64,000 nt of DNA. Source: Spirochaetia bacterium. GTDB lineage: Bacteria; Spirochaetota; Spirochaetia; CAKZLE01. The notes below the pieces were generated by a model that did no database searches, had not been told where the DNA came from, and saw nothing but the letters and a program-made list of their open reading frames with translations. Positions 20,720 through 30,897 of this stretch are shown here, in pieces. Within the stretch, counting starts at the first letter, position 1, and the number at the start of each line of letters is the position of its first letter. Both the position numbers and the translations under genes were made by a program. Location: NCBI GenBank assembly GCA_963677595.1, contig OY782041.1, forward strand, positions 1,280,001 to 1,344,000, in the 5' to 3' direction.

Positions 20720-22011
20720 AGATCGGAGTGATCCAGTTCCCGGGCACGAACTGTGAACGGGAGACTGCAGAGGCAGTCCGCAGGGCAGGCATGGAGCCGG
20801 TCGGACACCGATGGAACATGGACGAAGAGCTGCTCGGCACCTATGACGGGTTCATCATCGCCGGCGGGTTCTCCTATGAGGACCGGAGCCGTTCGGGCAT
20901 CATCGCGGCCCAAGACCCGATCATGGACCGGATCAAGGCAGAGAGCGCAAAGGGCAAGCCCGTCCTCGGCATCTGCAACGGGGCGCAGATCCTCGTGGAG
21001 TCGGGACTGGTTCCCGGTGCCCCCGGGTACAGACAGGCAGTCGCCCTGTCAACGAACCAGCGGACCGAAGGAGGCGAAGTCCTCGGTACCGGCTTCTACA
21101 ATGCGTGGATCAATATAAAGCATGACGGTTCACCGAAGCAGTGCGCGTTCACCTCGGAACTCACGGACGGGGAGATGATGAGGATCCCTGCCGCCCATGC
21201 GGAAGGCAGGTTCCTGATCCCGGAAGAGCTCCTCTCCTATATGATCGACCATAAGATGACCGTGTTCAGGTATGCCGATGATGACGGCAGCTATGACCCT
21301 GACTTCCCGGTCAACCCCAACGGCTCGGTCTACAATATCGCGGGGATCACCAATGAGACAGGTTCGGTCCTGGCCCTCATGCCCCACCCGGAGCGGACTC
21401 CGGCCGGTGACGGGATCTTCTCCTCGATGCGGAAGTACATCGAGGAGCATCGACCCTTCTCCGGGGAGACCGGGACTTCGATCCCGCCAGAACTCGCCGC
21501 CGTCGCCCATGCCCCTGAGGCCTATACACCAGCTGCCGAAGCAGAACAGGTCACCGTTGGCCTCGTCATCACCGATAACGAGGCGGTCTCAGTGGAGAAC
21601 GCCCTCAGGCTGCGGGGGATCCCTGCAGCAGTCCGCAGGCATGTCCACTGGGAGATCGCACTCGATGAGACCCTCACCGCAGAACAGCGTACGGCAGTCC
21701 TGGAGCAGATCGATGCGAGCGGGGAGCTCTACAACTCGAACAAGGAGTTCGTCATCACCTCCCCGCTGTCGACCGAAACCCATGCAGTCTCGTTCCTCGT
21801 ACGGGAGAATGATGACTGCGTCGGGGACCATACGACCCATGCCCTGAAGAGCTGGTTCTCGATCGATGGGATCGAGCAGCTGCGGCACGGTGTCATCTGG
21901 ACGATCATCCCCGATCGTGCAGATGATGCAGAGGAAGTCATAGCGCAGGTCGAGGCGACCCACCTGCTTGCCAACCCCATAGCCCACAGGAGGATGACCT
22001 ATGAGAGCTGA
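20716..22011 (+). CDS. purQ: FGAM synthase glutaminase PurQ with a C-terminal extension of about 190 aa (PurS-like)
   Basis: FPGTNCE, GGFSY.D, LGICNG.QIL, AHAEGRF, MPHPER; the tail ends in LLANP, as in PurS. Confidence 0.9.
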   Translation: MKIGVIQFPGTNCERETAEAVRRAGMEPVGHRWNMDEELLGTYDGFIIAGGFSYEDRSRSGIIAAQDPIMDRIKAESAKGKPVLGICNGAQILVESGLVPGAPGYRQAVALSTNQRTEGGEVLGTGFYNAWINIKHDGSPKQCAFTSELTDGEMMRIPAAHAEGRFLIPEELLSYMIDHKMTVFRYADDDGSYDPDFPVNPNGSVYNIAGITNETGSVLALMPHPERTPAGDGIFSSMRKYIEEHRPFSGETGTSIPPELAAVAHAPEAYTPAAEAEQVTVGLVITDNEAVSVENALRLRGIPAAVRRHVHWEIALDETLTAEQRTAVLEQIDASGELYNSNKEFVITSPLSTETHAVSFLVRENDDCVGDHTTHALKSWFSIDGIEQLRHGVIWTIIPDRADDAEEVIAQVEATHLLANPIAHRRMTYES

Positions 22012-22993
22012 CCAGAAGGATTACCGAGACATCATCGCGAGGCACCTCGACAACTGCCTCACCGAGACCGACCTCTCCCTGCCGAACAAGAAGCGCGGGA
22101 AGGTCCGCGACAGCTACAGCCTCGACGGGAAGATGGTGTTCGTCACCACTGATCGGCAGAGTGCCTTCGACCGGATCCTGGCATCCGTCCCCTTCAAGGG
22201 ACAGGTCCTGAACCTCACCAGCGCCTGGTGGTTCGCTAACACCTCGCATATCGTGCCCAACCACCTGGTCGAGGTCCCGGACCCCAATACCACGGTAGGG
22301 AAGACCTGCACCGTCTTCCCCATCGAGTTCGTCATGCGCGGCTATATCACGGGGACGACCGATACGTCGTTATGGACCCAATACAACAATGGGGTACGGA
22401 ACTACTGCGGGATCGACTTCCCGGAGGGCCTCTCCAAGAACCAGAAGCTCGATACGCCGGTGATCACCCCGACGACCAAGGAGGAGCACCATGACCGCCC
22501 CATCTCCCCGAAGGAGATCGTGGAAGAGGGGTGGATGAGTGCATCAGACTGGGAAGCCGCGAGCACCTATGCCTACAACCTCTTCACCTACGGCCAGAAA
22601 GTCGCCGCCGAGCACGGCCTCATCCTCGTGGACACGAAATACGAGATGGGTAAGGATGCCGACGGAAACATCATGGTGATCGATGAGATCCATACCCCTG
22701 ATTCCAGCCGGTACTGGCTCGCAGACTCCTATGAGAAGCGGATCGCCGAAGGACTGGAGCCGAAGAACATCGACAAGGAGTTCCTCCGCCTCTGGTTCAG
22801 GGAACACTGCGACCCCTACCATGACGAGGTCCTGCCGAAGGCCCCGGACGAGCTCATCATCGAGCTCTCTGCGCGGTACATCCAGCTGTACGAACAGATC
22901 ACGGGAGAGCAGTTCGAGTTTCCCGGTGAAGATGAACAGGACGTCCCGGCCGCCCAGCGGCTGGTGAAGAACCTCGAAGCGTATATCGACTGA
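22001..22993 (+). CDS. purC: SAICAR synthetase
   Basis: GKVRD.Y, TDRQSAFD, KGQVLN, DTKYEMG, DEIHTPDSSRYW, DKEFLR. Confidence 0.96.
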   Translation: MRADQKDYRDIIARHLDNCLTETDLSLPNKKRGKVRDSYSLDGKMVFVTTDRQSAFDRILASVPFKGQVLNLTSAWWFANTSHIVPNHLVEVPDPNTTVGKTCTVFPIEFVMRGYITGTTDTSLWTQYNNGVRNYCGIDFPEGLSKNQKLDTPVITPTTKEEHHDRPISPKEIVEEGWMSASDWEAASTYAYNLFTYGQKVAAEHGLILVDTKYEMGKDADGNIMVIDEIHTPDSSRYWLADSYEKRIAEGLEPKNIDKEFLRLWFREHCDPYHDEVLPKAPDELIIELSARYIQLYEQITGEQFEFPGEDEQDVPAAQRLVKNLEAYID

Positions 22994-23009
22994 AGGAATG
23001 GAGTGAGTA

Positions 23010-23435
23010 ATGAAGAAAATCGTAATTATCATGGGATCGTCATCTGACAAACCGCATGCTGACAAGATCATCGATGGGCTCCAGAAGGCAGAGGGATACG
23101 ACATGTCAGAGTACTCGATCGATGTCTATACCGCTTCAGCCCATAAGGAACCGCTGAAGGTCTTAGGTGTCCTCGATGCCCACAAGGAGCTTGAGGCTGT
23201 CGTCTACATCACGATCGCGGGCCGCTCGAACGCCCTCTCTGGCTTCTGTGCCGCGAACTGCACCTTCCCCGTCATCGCCTGCCCACCTTTCGCAGACAAG
23301 GTCGACATGATGGTGAACATCAACTCGACATTGCAGATGCCGAGCAGGACACCGGTACTGACGGTCATCGATCCCGGCAATGCCGCCCTTGCGGCAATGC
23401 GGATCCTCTCACTCGCCGACGGGAGTGATGCCTAG
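23010..23435 (+). CDS. purE: AIR carboxylase PurE (class II-like)
   Basis: IMGS.SD, SAHK, AGRSNAL, S.LQMPS. Confidence 0.9.
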   Translation: MKKIVIIMGSSSDKPHADKIIDGLQKAEGYDMSEYSIDVYTASAHKEPLKVLGVLDAHKELEAVVYITIAGRSNALSGFCAANCTFPVIACPPFADKVDMMVNINSTLQMPSRTPVLTVIDPGNAALAAMRILSLADGSDA

Positions 23436-24881
23436 ATGTGCGGCGTAGTCGGCATCATCGGGGAGAGCCCGGTCGCCACGGAGATCTATGACTCCCTGGT
23501 ACAGCTGCAGCACCGAGGACAGGACGCTGCCGGTATCATCACCTGCAATGACAGCCTCCATATAAAGAAGGGGGCCGGCTTGGTCCGCGATATCTTCCAG
23601 GCACGCCATATGGAACGGCTCCAGGGGAATATGGGTATCGGCCATACCCGGTACCCCACTGCCGGGGCGAAAAGCAACGATGAGGTCCAGCCGTTCGTGA
23701 CCAGCGTCCCCAACGGCATCGCCTTTGCCCATAACGGGAACATCGTGAACTACCTGGAGCTGCGCAATGAAGTCATCTCCAACCGGAAACGCTATCTCAA
23801 CTCCTACAGCGACTCCGAGATGCTCATGCAGCTCTTCGCTGACGTCCTGCAGCGGTGCATCGGCCACAACCCCGCACACCTGATCAGCGACAATACCTTC
23901 TTCGACGGGCTGTGTATATCGGCCTCCGAACTCTTCGGGGCAGCACAGGGCTCGATCTCAGCCGTCTCGGTCATCAAGGACCGCGGCTTGATCGCCTTCA
24001 GGGATCCCCACGGGATCCGCCCCCTGGTCATGGGCGAACGGCTGAGTGCGAGCGGGAGGAAGGAGTATATCTTCGCCTCCGAGGATTCCATGTTCTATAT
24101 GCTTGGCTACACCCTAGTACGGGACGTGGCTCCCGGTGAGATCATCTACATCAATGAGAAGGGGGACTTCTTCTCCCGGGTCGTCCAGCATGACAAGTTC
24201 ACCCCCTGCATCTTCGAGTATGTCTACTTCGCGAGACCTGACACCTGGATGAACAACATCAACATCTACCGGTCCCGCCTGAGGATGGGGGAGAACCTCG
24301 GGAACCTCTGGATCAGGAAGTACGGGGAGCTCCGGCCTGATGTCATCATCCCGGCCCCCTCGACCTCCAATACCATGGCGCTCTCCATGGCAAAGAAGCT
24401 GGGAGTGAACTACTCCGAGGGACTCTACAAGAACACCTTCATCGGCAGGACCTTCATCATGGCCGACCAGAAGCAGCGGCGCCAGTCGGTACGCTACAAG
24501 CTGGTGCCCCAGAGACTGGAGATCCAGGGGAAGGACGTGATGATCGTCGACGACAGCATCGTCAGGGGTACGACCAGCAGAGAGATCGTCCGGATGGTCA
24601 AGGAGTTCGGGGCGAACAAGGTCTACTTCGTCTCTGCCTGCCCCCCGGTCACCAACCCCTGCTTCTACGGGGTCGACATCCCCACCTCGGAGGAGCTGAT
24701 CGCCTCCAACAAGAGCGTAGAGGAGATCAGAACCTTCCTCGAGGCGGAGATCCTCCTCTACCAGGAGATCGACGACCTGATCGAGGCCGTGACCAGGAAG
24801 GGTGACCACCATATCGACACACCCTGCTATGCCTGTCTCGGCGGGACCTATATCCACAAGGAGAAAGAGGCCAGAACATGA
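23436..24881 (+). CDS. purF: Amidophosphoribosyltransferase
   Basis: N-terminal MCG, LQHRGQD, GHTRYPT, CIFEYVYFARPD, VDDSIVRGTT. Confidence 0.97.
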   Translation: MCGVVGIIGESPVATEIYDSLVQLQHRGQDAAGIITCNDSLHIKKGAGLVRDIFQARHMERLQGNMGIGHTRYPTAGAKSNDEVQPFVTSVPNGIAFAHNGNIVNYLELRNEVISNRKRYLNSYSDSEMLMQLFADVLQRCIGHNPAHLISDNTFFDGLCISASELFGAAQGSISAVSVIKDRGLIAFRDPHGIRPLVMGERLSASGRKEYIFASEDSMFYMLGYTLVRDVAPGEIIYINEKGDFFSRVVQHDKFTPCIFEYVYFARPDTWMNNINIYRSRLRMGENLGNLWIRKYGELRPDVIIPAPSTSNTMALSMAKKLGVNYSEGLYKNTFIGRTFIMADQKQRRQSVRYKLVPQRLEIQGKDVMIVDDSIVRGTTSREIVRMVKEFGANKVYFVSACPPVTNPCFYGVDIPTSEELIASNKSVEEIRTFLEAEILLYQEIDDLIEAVTRKGDHHIDTPCYACLGGTYIHKEKEART

Positions 24882-26191
24882 AACAGATACTCATAGTAGG
24901 CTCAGGGGCACGTGAACATGCCCTTGCATACAGCCTGCATCGCTCACAGAGCACATCAGCACTCTACTGTATCGGCTCAGCAGTGAACCCCGCAGTCAGG
25001 GACCTCTGCGCGGGGTACACCGTCGGTGACATCACCGACGGGGAGTACATCCTCGAGACAGCAAAAGACTGGGGCATCGAGCTCGCGGTCATCGGGCCGG
25101 AAGCACCATTGAGCACCGGGGTAGCCGACATCCTGAGAGCCGGTGGGATCGACGTCTTCGGCCCGGATGAGGACCTTGCCCGGATCGAGACCAGCAAGTC
25201 CTATACGCGGGACCTCCTCTCCGGCTGCGTGCCTGATGCCAGCCCGGTCTACCGGGTAGTCCGGACCCATGAGGAGGCTGAGACGCTCCTCGAGGAACTC
25301 GGCGAGTTCTATGTCATCAAGGCAGACGGGCTGAAAGGCGGAAAGGGCGTCCAGGTCGCCGGGGACCATCTCCACAGCCATGGGGAAGCACTCAGCTTTG
25401 TCGACACCCTGCTCTCCGAGAGCGGGCAGTGCGTCATAGAGGAGAAGCTCATCGGGCAGGAGTTCTCCCTCATGACCATCACGGACGGGGAGACCTCGAT
25501 CCACCTCCCGGCCGTACAGGACCACAAGAGAGCCTTCAACGGTGACACCGGTCCCAATACCGGCGGGATGGGTAGCTACTCAGACCATGACGGGTCCCTC
25601 CCCTTCCTGAAGCCAGAAGACATCGAAGAGGCTCGCAGGCTCAATGAGGCAGTCATCGCAGCCCTTGCCGTCGATAACGGAAAACCCTACCGGGGAGTCC
25701 TCTACGGCGGCTTCATGGCAGTGAAGGAAGGCGTCAAGATCATCGAGTACAATGCCCGGTTCGGGGACCCCGAGGTCATGAACCTGGTATCGATCATACA
25801 GGCGGACTTCGTCGAGCTCTTCAGCCATGCAGCAGAAGGCACCCTCTCTGAGGCATCGATCGAGATCCTCGATAAGGCCTCCGTCTGCAAGTATGTCGTT
25901 CCGAACGGCTACCCCTCAGTATCGAACCGGGGAGCCGAGATAGACATCAGTGAGGTCGATGACTCCTGCAGGCTCTTCCTCGGGTCGGTAGACCTGAAGG
26001 ACGGGGTGCTCGTGACCGGCGGGTCCAGGACCGCGGCATGCATCGCCCTCGGGGAGACCATCGAGGAGGCTGAGCGTATCGCAGAGGCACAGATCGGGAG
26101 GATCAGGGGCGACCTCTTCCACCGGGATGACATCGGGACGAGCGAACTGGTCGCTTCCCGGGTCAAGGCCATGCGGGAGCTGCGTTCATGA
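24878..26191 (+). CDS. purD: Phosphoribosylamine--glycine ligase
   Basis: GSGAREHAL, GPEAPL, QDHKR, GPNTGGMG, EYNARFGDPE. Confidence 0.97.
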   Translation: MKQILIVGSGAREHALAYSLHRSQSTSALYCIGSAVNPAVRDLCAGYTVGDITDGEYILETAKDWGIELAVIGPEAPLSTGVADILRAGGIDVFGPDEDLARIETSKSYTRDLLSGCVPDASPVYRVVRTHEEAETLLEELGEFYVIKADGLKGGKGVQVAGDHLHSHGEALSFVDTLLSESGQCVIEEKLIGQEFSLMTITDGETSIHLPAVQDHKRAFNGDTGPNTGGMGSYSDHDGSLPFLKPEDIEEARRLNEAVIAALAVDNGKPYRGVLYGGFMAVKEGVKIIEYNARFGDPEVMNLVSIIQADFVELFSHAAEGTLSEASIEILDKASVCKYVVPNGYPSVSNRGAEIDISEVDDSCRLFLGSVDLKDGVLVTGGSRTAACIALGETIEEAERIAEAQIGRIRGDLFHRDDIGTSELVASRVKAMRELRS

Positions 26192-26796
26192 ACGTCCCCA
26201 GGCCGATCGCCGTCCTCGGCTCCACCCGGGGTACAGACATGCAGGCGATCATCGATGCCATCGCAGGGGGCTCGCTCTCCGCTGAGATCACGGTAGTGGT
26301 CTCGGACAGGAAGAGGGCCGGGATCCTCGAGCGGGCACGGGACCATATGATCGAGGCGGTACACATCCCGGCACGTTCGGGTGGTGTCCGTAAAGAACGC
26401 GAGGAGTATGACCGTGAAGTCGATGCAGTCCTGCAGCGACATAAACCGGAGATCATCCTCCTCATCGGCTACATGAGGATCGTATCGCCCTGGTTCTGCT
26501 CACAGTGGGCCGACCGCCTGGTCAATGTCCACCCCTCCCTGCTCCCCGACTTTGCCGGGGGCATGGACGGTGATGTCCATTCGGCAGTCATCGCTGCGGG
26601 CAGAAAGGAGACCGGCTGCACGGTCCACCTGGTGACTGAGGAGGTCGACGGGGGACCGATCCTGCTGCAGAAGCGATGTCCGGTCCTCCCCGGGGACACG
26701 CCGGACACGCTGAAAGCGAGAGTCCAGCAGCTTGAGGGAGAAGCCCTCATAGAAGTGATCAAGGAGTATGAGCCAGATTCCAGATTCACCTGTTGA
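26188..26796 (+). CDS. purN: Phosphoribosylglycinamide formyltransferase
   Basis: NVHPSLLP, GCTVH.V...VD.GPI. Confidence 0.95.
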   Translation: MNVPRPIAVLGSTRGTDMQAIIDAIAGGSLSAEITVVVSDRKRAGILERARDHMIEAVHIPARSGGVRKEREEYDREVDAVLQRHKPEIILLIGYMRIVSPWFCSQWADRLVNVHPSLLPDFAGGMDGDVHSAVIAAGRKETGCTVHLVTEEVDGGPILLQKRCPVLPGDTPDTLKARVQQLEGEALIEVIKEYEPDSRFTC

Positions 26797-26872
26797 GAAT
26801 CTGGCCTTGGAAGTTTTTTTAAAGAGGATCTCATCGTGAGATTCCCTCGTGACAACCACAAAGAGGTAAGAG

Positions 26873-28423
26873 ATGAACAAACAACCGACAACGGTACGAC
26901 GGGCACTGCTGTCTGTCTCAGACAAGAGCGGCATCGTCGAATTCGCACGCGGACTCAGCGAGATGGGAGTCGAGCTGGTATCGACCGGCGGGACTAAGCG
27001 GGTACTCAAGGAGAATGGTATCCCCGTCCGCGGTGTATCGGAGCTGACCGGATTCCCTGAGATGATGGACGGAAGGGTCAAGACCCTCCATCCCCTCGTC
27101 CATGGGGGGATCCTCGGGCTGCGGGATGAACACGCACAGGCGGCGGAGGAACACGGCATTCCCTGGATCGACATGGTCGTCGTCAACCTCTACCCATTCG
27201 AGGCTACGATCCAGGACCCTGAGGTGAAGCTCGATGATGCGATCGAGCAGATCGATATCGGGGGACCGACGATGATCAGGTCAGCGGCGAAGAACGTCGG
27301 CTGGGTCTCGGTGATCGTGAACCCCTCGGACTACGAGGCTGTCCTCGGTGAGCTGAAGGACAACGGTACGGTAGCCTATGAGACCCGCAGCCGCCTCTGT
27401 GCAGCGGCATTCAGGCATACCGCGCAGTATGATGCACTGATCCAGGCCTACCTCACCGAGGAGGAGTACCCCGAGGAGGTGACCCTCACCTATCGGAAGT
27501 TCTCCCCCCTGCGATACGGAGAGAACCCCCACCAGCGTGCAGCTGCCTATAAAGAGATCGTCCCCCCTGCGAAGAAGGAGGCCCTCTCGATCCTCGATGC
27601 GGAGATCCTGAACGGGAAGGAACTCTCCTACAACAACCTCAATGATGCCACCGGCACCATCGAGACCCTCAGGGAGTTCACAGAACCCGCCTGCATCGTC
27701 GTGAAGCACGCAAATCCCTGCGGGGCAGCGACCGGGGAAGACCTCCTCGAGGTCACCAAAGCCGCATTCGAGGCGGACCGGCTCTCAGCCTTCGGGGGAC
27801 TCGTTGCCATCAACCGGACCTGCACTAAGGAGATTGCCCAGTACTTCAGGAAGATATTCTTTGAGATCTTCATGGCGCCCGACTATGAGCCCGAGGCGCT
27901 GGAGATCCTGAAGCAGAAGAAGAACCTCAGGGTCCTCAGGCTCGGGGACGTACCACCGCTCAACCCCATCAGGTTCAACAAGTTCGTCGGCGGCGGCCTG
28001 CTCCTCCAGGACAGGGACTGCTCTCTCATCAGCGAAGGAGACCTGAAGGTCGTGACCGATTCCGCCCCCTCAGACGGGGAGGTCAGCGACATGCTCTTCG
28101 CCTGGAAGGTCCTCAAGCATGTGAAGTCCAACGGCATCCTCACCGCGAAGGACCAGGTCACCCTCGGTATCGGGCCCGGACAGGTCTCGCGTGTCGATGC
28201 GGTCAAGATCGCGCTGGGCAAGTCGGCAGTGACCGAAGGGGCCGTCCTGGCCTCTGACGCCTTCTTCCCCTTCCGGGACAGCATCGATGAGATCGCACAG
28301 ACCGGCATCAGGGCGATCATCCAGCCGGGAGGCTCAGTCCGGGACCAGGAGGTCATCGACGCCTGCAACGAGCACGGGATCGCGATGGTCTTCACCGGCA
28401 CACGCTGCTTCAACCACGGCTAA
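26873..28423 (+). CDS. purH: Bifunctional AICAR transformylase / IMP cyclohydrolase
   Basis: ALLSVSDK, GRVKTLHP, IDIGGP, LRYGENPHQ, ASDAFFPF. Confidence 0.97.
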   Translation: MNKQPTTVRRALLSVSDKSGIVEFARGLSEMGVELVSTGGTKRVLKENGIPVRGVSELTGFPEMMDGRVKTLHPLVHGGILGLRDEHAQAAEEHGIPWIDMVVVNLYPFEATIQDPEVKLDDAIEQIDIGGPTMIRSAAKNVGWVSVIVNPSDYEAVLGELKDNGTVAYETRSRLCAAAFRHTAQYDALIQAYLTEEEYPEEVTLTYRKFSPLRYGENPHQRAAAYKEIVPPAKKEALSILDAEILNGKELSYNNLNDATGTIETLREFTEPACIVVKHANPCGAATGEDLLEVTKAAFEADRLSAFGGLVAINRTCTKEIAQYFRKIFFEIFMAPDYEPEALEILKQKKNLRVLRLGDVPPLNPIRFNKFVGGGLLLQDRDCSLISEGDLKVVTDSAPSDGEVSDMLFAWKVLKHVKSNGILTAKDQVTLGIGPGQVSRVDAVKIALGKSAVTEGAVLASDAFFPFRDSIDEIAQTGIRAIIQPGGSVRDQEVIDACNEHGIAMVFTGTRCFNHG

Positions 28424-28447
28424 GCCGGACCCGTTCCCACACACTGA

Positions 28448-28487
28448 AAGCCCTGGTTCATGAGGATAGGATCATGGATCAGGGCTT
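28448..28487 (+). terminator. Long hairpin after purH, probable terminator
   Basis: AAGCCCTGGTTCATGA...TCATGGATCAGGGCTT (includes G-U pairs); weak U tract. Confidence 0.5.
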
Positions 28488-28650
28488 GCTCCTGTTACGA
28501 ATCATCCCATGATTTGCCTAAGGCCCGATAAAGTGTTATAGTTATAGTACCTCATCACCATTAAGAAGTTGTCACAATTACCCTTATGATCTTTCTGCGC
28601 CTGATGCACCCGGGGACAACTGTCGATTTTAGGTAAAATGGAGCTTAACT

Positions 28651-30897
28651 ATGAACCAGGAAACAAAAGAGTCTATCGTCAAACTCATCATCGAGGAGAA
28701 CCCCGAGATCTACCAGATCCTCAAGGACCCGGCACTCGGACAGAGACAGGGACTGAACCGGATCTGGAAGGTGATCCTGAGGATGCTGCAGGAGCATCCC
28801 AAGGCATTCGGGTACTACACCGGGAAGGAACAGGGGGAGAAGGCGTTCTTCAAGCTCTCCTGGCGTGATTTTGCCTTCATCAGGGTCCTTGATTACCTCG
28901 AGTACGAAGGGGACTCCTTCCCAGATCAGAATCTCCACGGCGAGGAGGTCGTCTCCCGGCCGTTCGGCCTGATCAAGGAGGCTATCCAGACCGGCAGGTA
29001 TGAGGCCTCCATCGATTTCTATGAGGATATGCTCCACCTGCTCAGGCAGCTTAACGGGATAGAGCGGCCCGAGATACCCTCCAGGCAGAAGGTCATGGAC
29101 TGGATGGGCGGCCACCCATCAGGTCTCGATGAGGAGATCCGGCATATGCGGGAGCGCAACAAGCAGCGGATCATCCGGCTCATCTATGAAGATATACAGG
29201 GTGCCGAACAACAGAGCGGCAGGTTCACCCTCGATGAGGATATGGACTCGCACACAGCCCTCAACCAGCTGCAGGCATGGTGGGACAATGACATGTTCCA
29301 CCTCAAGTACGCCGTGAGAAGTGTCGAGGGACTGCAGCGCTACCTCGGCGGGTCGCTCTCCGACGAGACGATCACGGTGATGAGCGATGCAGTGAGCAAG
29401 GGGATCCCCATCTTCGTGACCCCCTACTTCCTCTCACTGCTGCTCATAGACCCCTACAAGAAGTACCAGTATGCCGATATAGCCATCAGGGACTATGTCC
29501 TCTACTCCCGGGAACTCGTCGATGAGTTCGGGTCCATATCAGCATGGGAGAAGGAGGATGTCATGGAGCCCGGCAAGCCGAATGCGGCAGGCTGGATACT
29601 CCCATCCAACAACATCCACCGCCGGTACCCCAATGTCGCCATCTTCATCCCCTCCACCATGGGCCGTGCCTGCGGTGGGCTGTGCGCATACTGCCAGAGG
29701 ATGTACGACTTCCAGAACGGCCGCTTCAACTTCGACCTCGAGAAGCTCAAGCCGAAGGAGAACTGGTCCTCACGGTTAGAGAAGCTGATGAAGTACTTCG
29801 AGGAGGACTCCCAGCTCCAGGATATCCTGATCACCGGTGGGGATGCCATGATGAGCTCTGTCGATGCCCTCAAGGAGGTCCTCGATGCAGTCTATACCAT
29901 GGCCGTGAACAAGATCGAGGCGAACAGGCTGCGCGAGGATGGTGAGAAGTATGCCGAGATCATTCGCGTCCGGCTCGGGACGAAGATTCCCATCTACCTG
30001 CCCCAGAGGATCTCAGACTGGAGGGTCGCGGTCCTCAAGGCCTTCAAGGAGAAGGCCGAGCAGGTGGGCATCAAGCAGTTCATCATCCAGACGCACTTCT
30101 CCACCGCCATGGAGATCACCCCGGAGGCAGCCCGTGCAGTATCGAGGCTGCTCGAGGCCGGGTGGACAGTGACCAACCAGGAGGTGTTCACCGTCGCTGC
30201 CTCCAGAAGGGGCCATACGGCGAAGCTCCGCCAGACCCTGAACACCATCGGTGTCCTGCCCTACTACACCTTCACGGTGAAGGGGTACCATGAGAACAAG
30301 CATTTCTTCGCAAATAACTCACGCTCCATCCAGGAGCAGATCGAGGAGAAATCGATCGGCAGGGTCGACCCCAAGTACTACAGCAAGATACGAAGCTTCA
30401 TGAAGACCCCCAACCATATGAAGGAGCAGATCGAGGAGCTCAGGAGTGCCGAGGAGATCCCATTCCTCGCTACCGACAGGAACACGATCAACCTCCCCGG
30501 GGTCGGGAAGAGCAATACCTACCGGACCATCGGGATCACGGCAGACGGCAGGAGGATCCTGGCCTTCAACCAGGACCACAGCCGGCCGCACAGCCCGATC
30601 GTGGACACGATGCAGGAAGTCATCATCATCGAGTCGAAGTCAGTCGCCTCCTACCTGAGGCAGCTCGAGACCATCGGGGAGAAACCTGATGAGTACCGGA
30701 GCATCTGGGGGTATTCAGCCGGCTACATCGAACCGAGGATCCCGATCTACGAGTACCCGGGGTATCCCTTCGCCACCACGAAGGAGTACACGAACCTCGA
30801 GCTCGCCCCTGAGCAGAAGGAAGAGATCAGGAGCAGGGCAACAGAGGTTCAGTTCACCGACATCGATACCGAGATCAACGAAGGCTACACGGACTGA
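28651..30897 (+). CDS. Long KamA-family (lysine 2,3-aminomutase-like) radical SAM protein
   Basis: IHRRYP, CGGLCAYCQR (CxxxCxxC), DILITGGD, RLGTK.P...PQRI, TNQ.V, PYY.F, LPGVGK; N-terminal extension of about 300 aa. Confidence 0.85.
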   Translation: MNQETKESIVKLIIEENPEIYQILKDPALGQRQGLNRIWKVILRMLQEHPKAFGYYTGKEQGEKAFFKLSWRDFAFIRVLDYLEYEGDSFPDQNLHGEEVVSRPFGLIKEAIQTGRYEASIDFYEDMLHLLRQLNGIERPEIPSRQKVMDWMGGHPSGLDEEIRHMRERNKQRIIRLIYEDIQGAEQQSGRFTLDEDMDSHTALNQLQAWWDNDMFHLKYAVRSVEGLQRYLGGSLSDETITVMSDAVSKGIPIFVTPYFLSLLLIDPYKKYQYADIAIRDYVLYSRELVDEFGSISAWEKEDVMEPGKPNAAGWILPSNNIHRRYPNVAIFIPSTMGRACGGLCAYCQRMYDFQNGRFNFDLEKLKPKENWSSRLEKLMKYFEEDSQLQDILITGGDAMMSSVDALKEVLDAVYTMAVNKIEANRLREDGEKYAEIIRVRLGTKIPIYLPQRISDWRVAVLKAFKEKAEQVGIKQFIIQTHFSTAMEITPEAARAVSRLLEAGWTVTNQEVFTVAASRRGHTAKLRQTLNTIGVLPYYTFTVKGYHENKHFFANNSRSIQEQIEEKSIGRVDPKYYSKIRSFMKTPNHMKEQIEELRSAEEIPFLATDRNTINLPGVGKSNTYRTIGITADGRRILAFNQDHSRPHSPIVDTMQEVIIIESKSVASYLRQLETIGEKPDEYRSIWGYSAGYIEPRIPIYEYPGYPFATTKEYTNLELAPEQKEEIRSRATEVQFTDIDTEINEGYTD

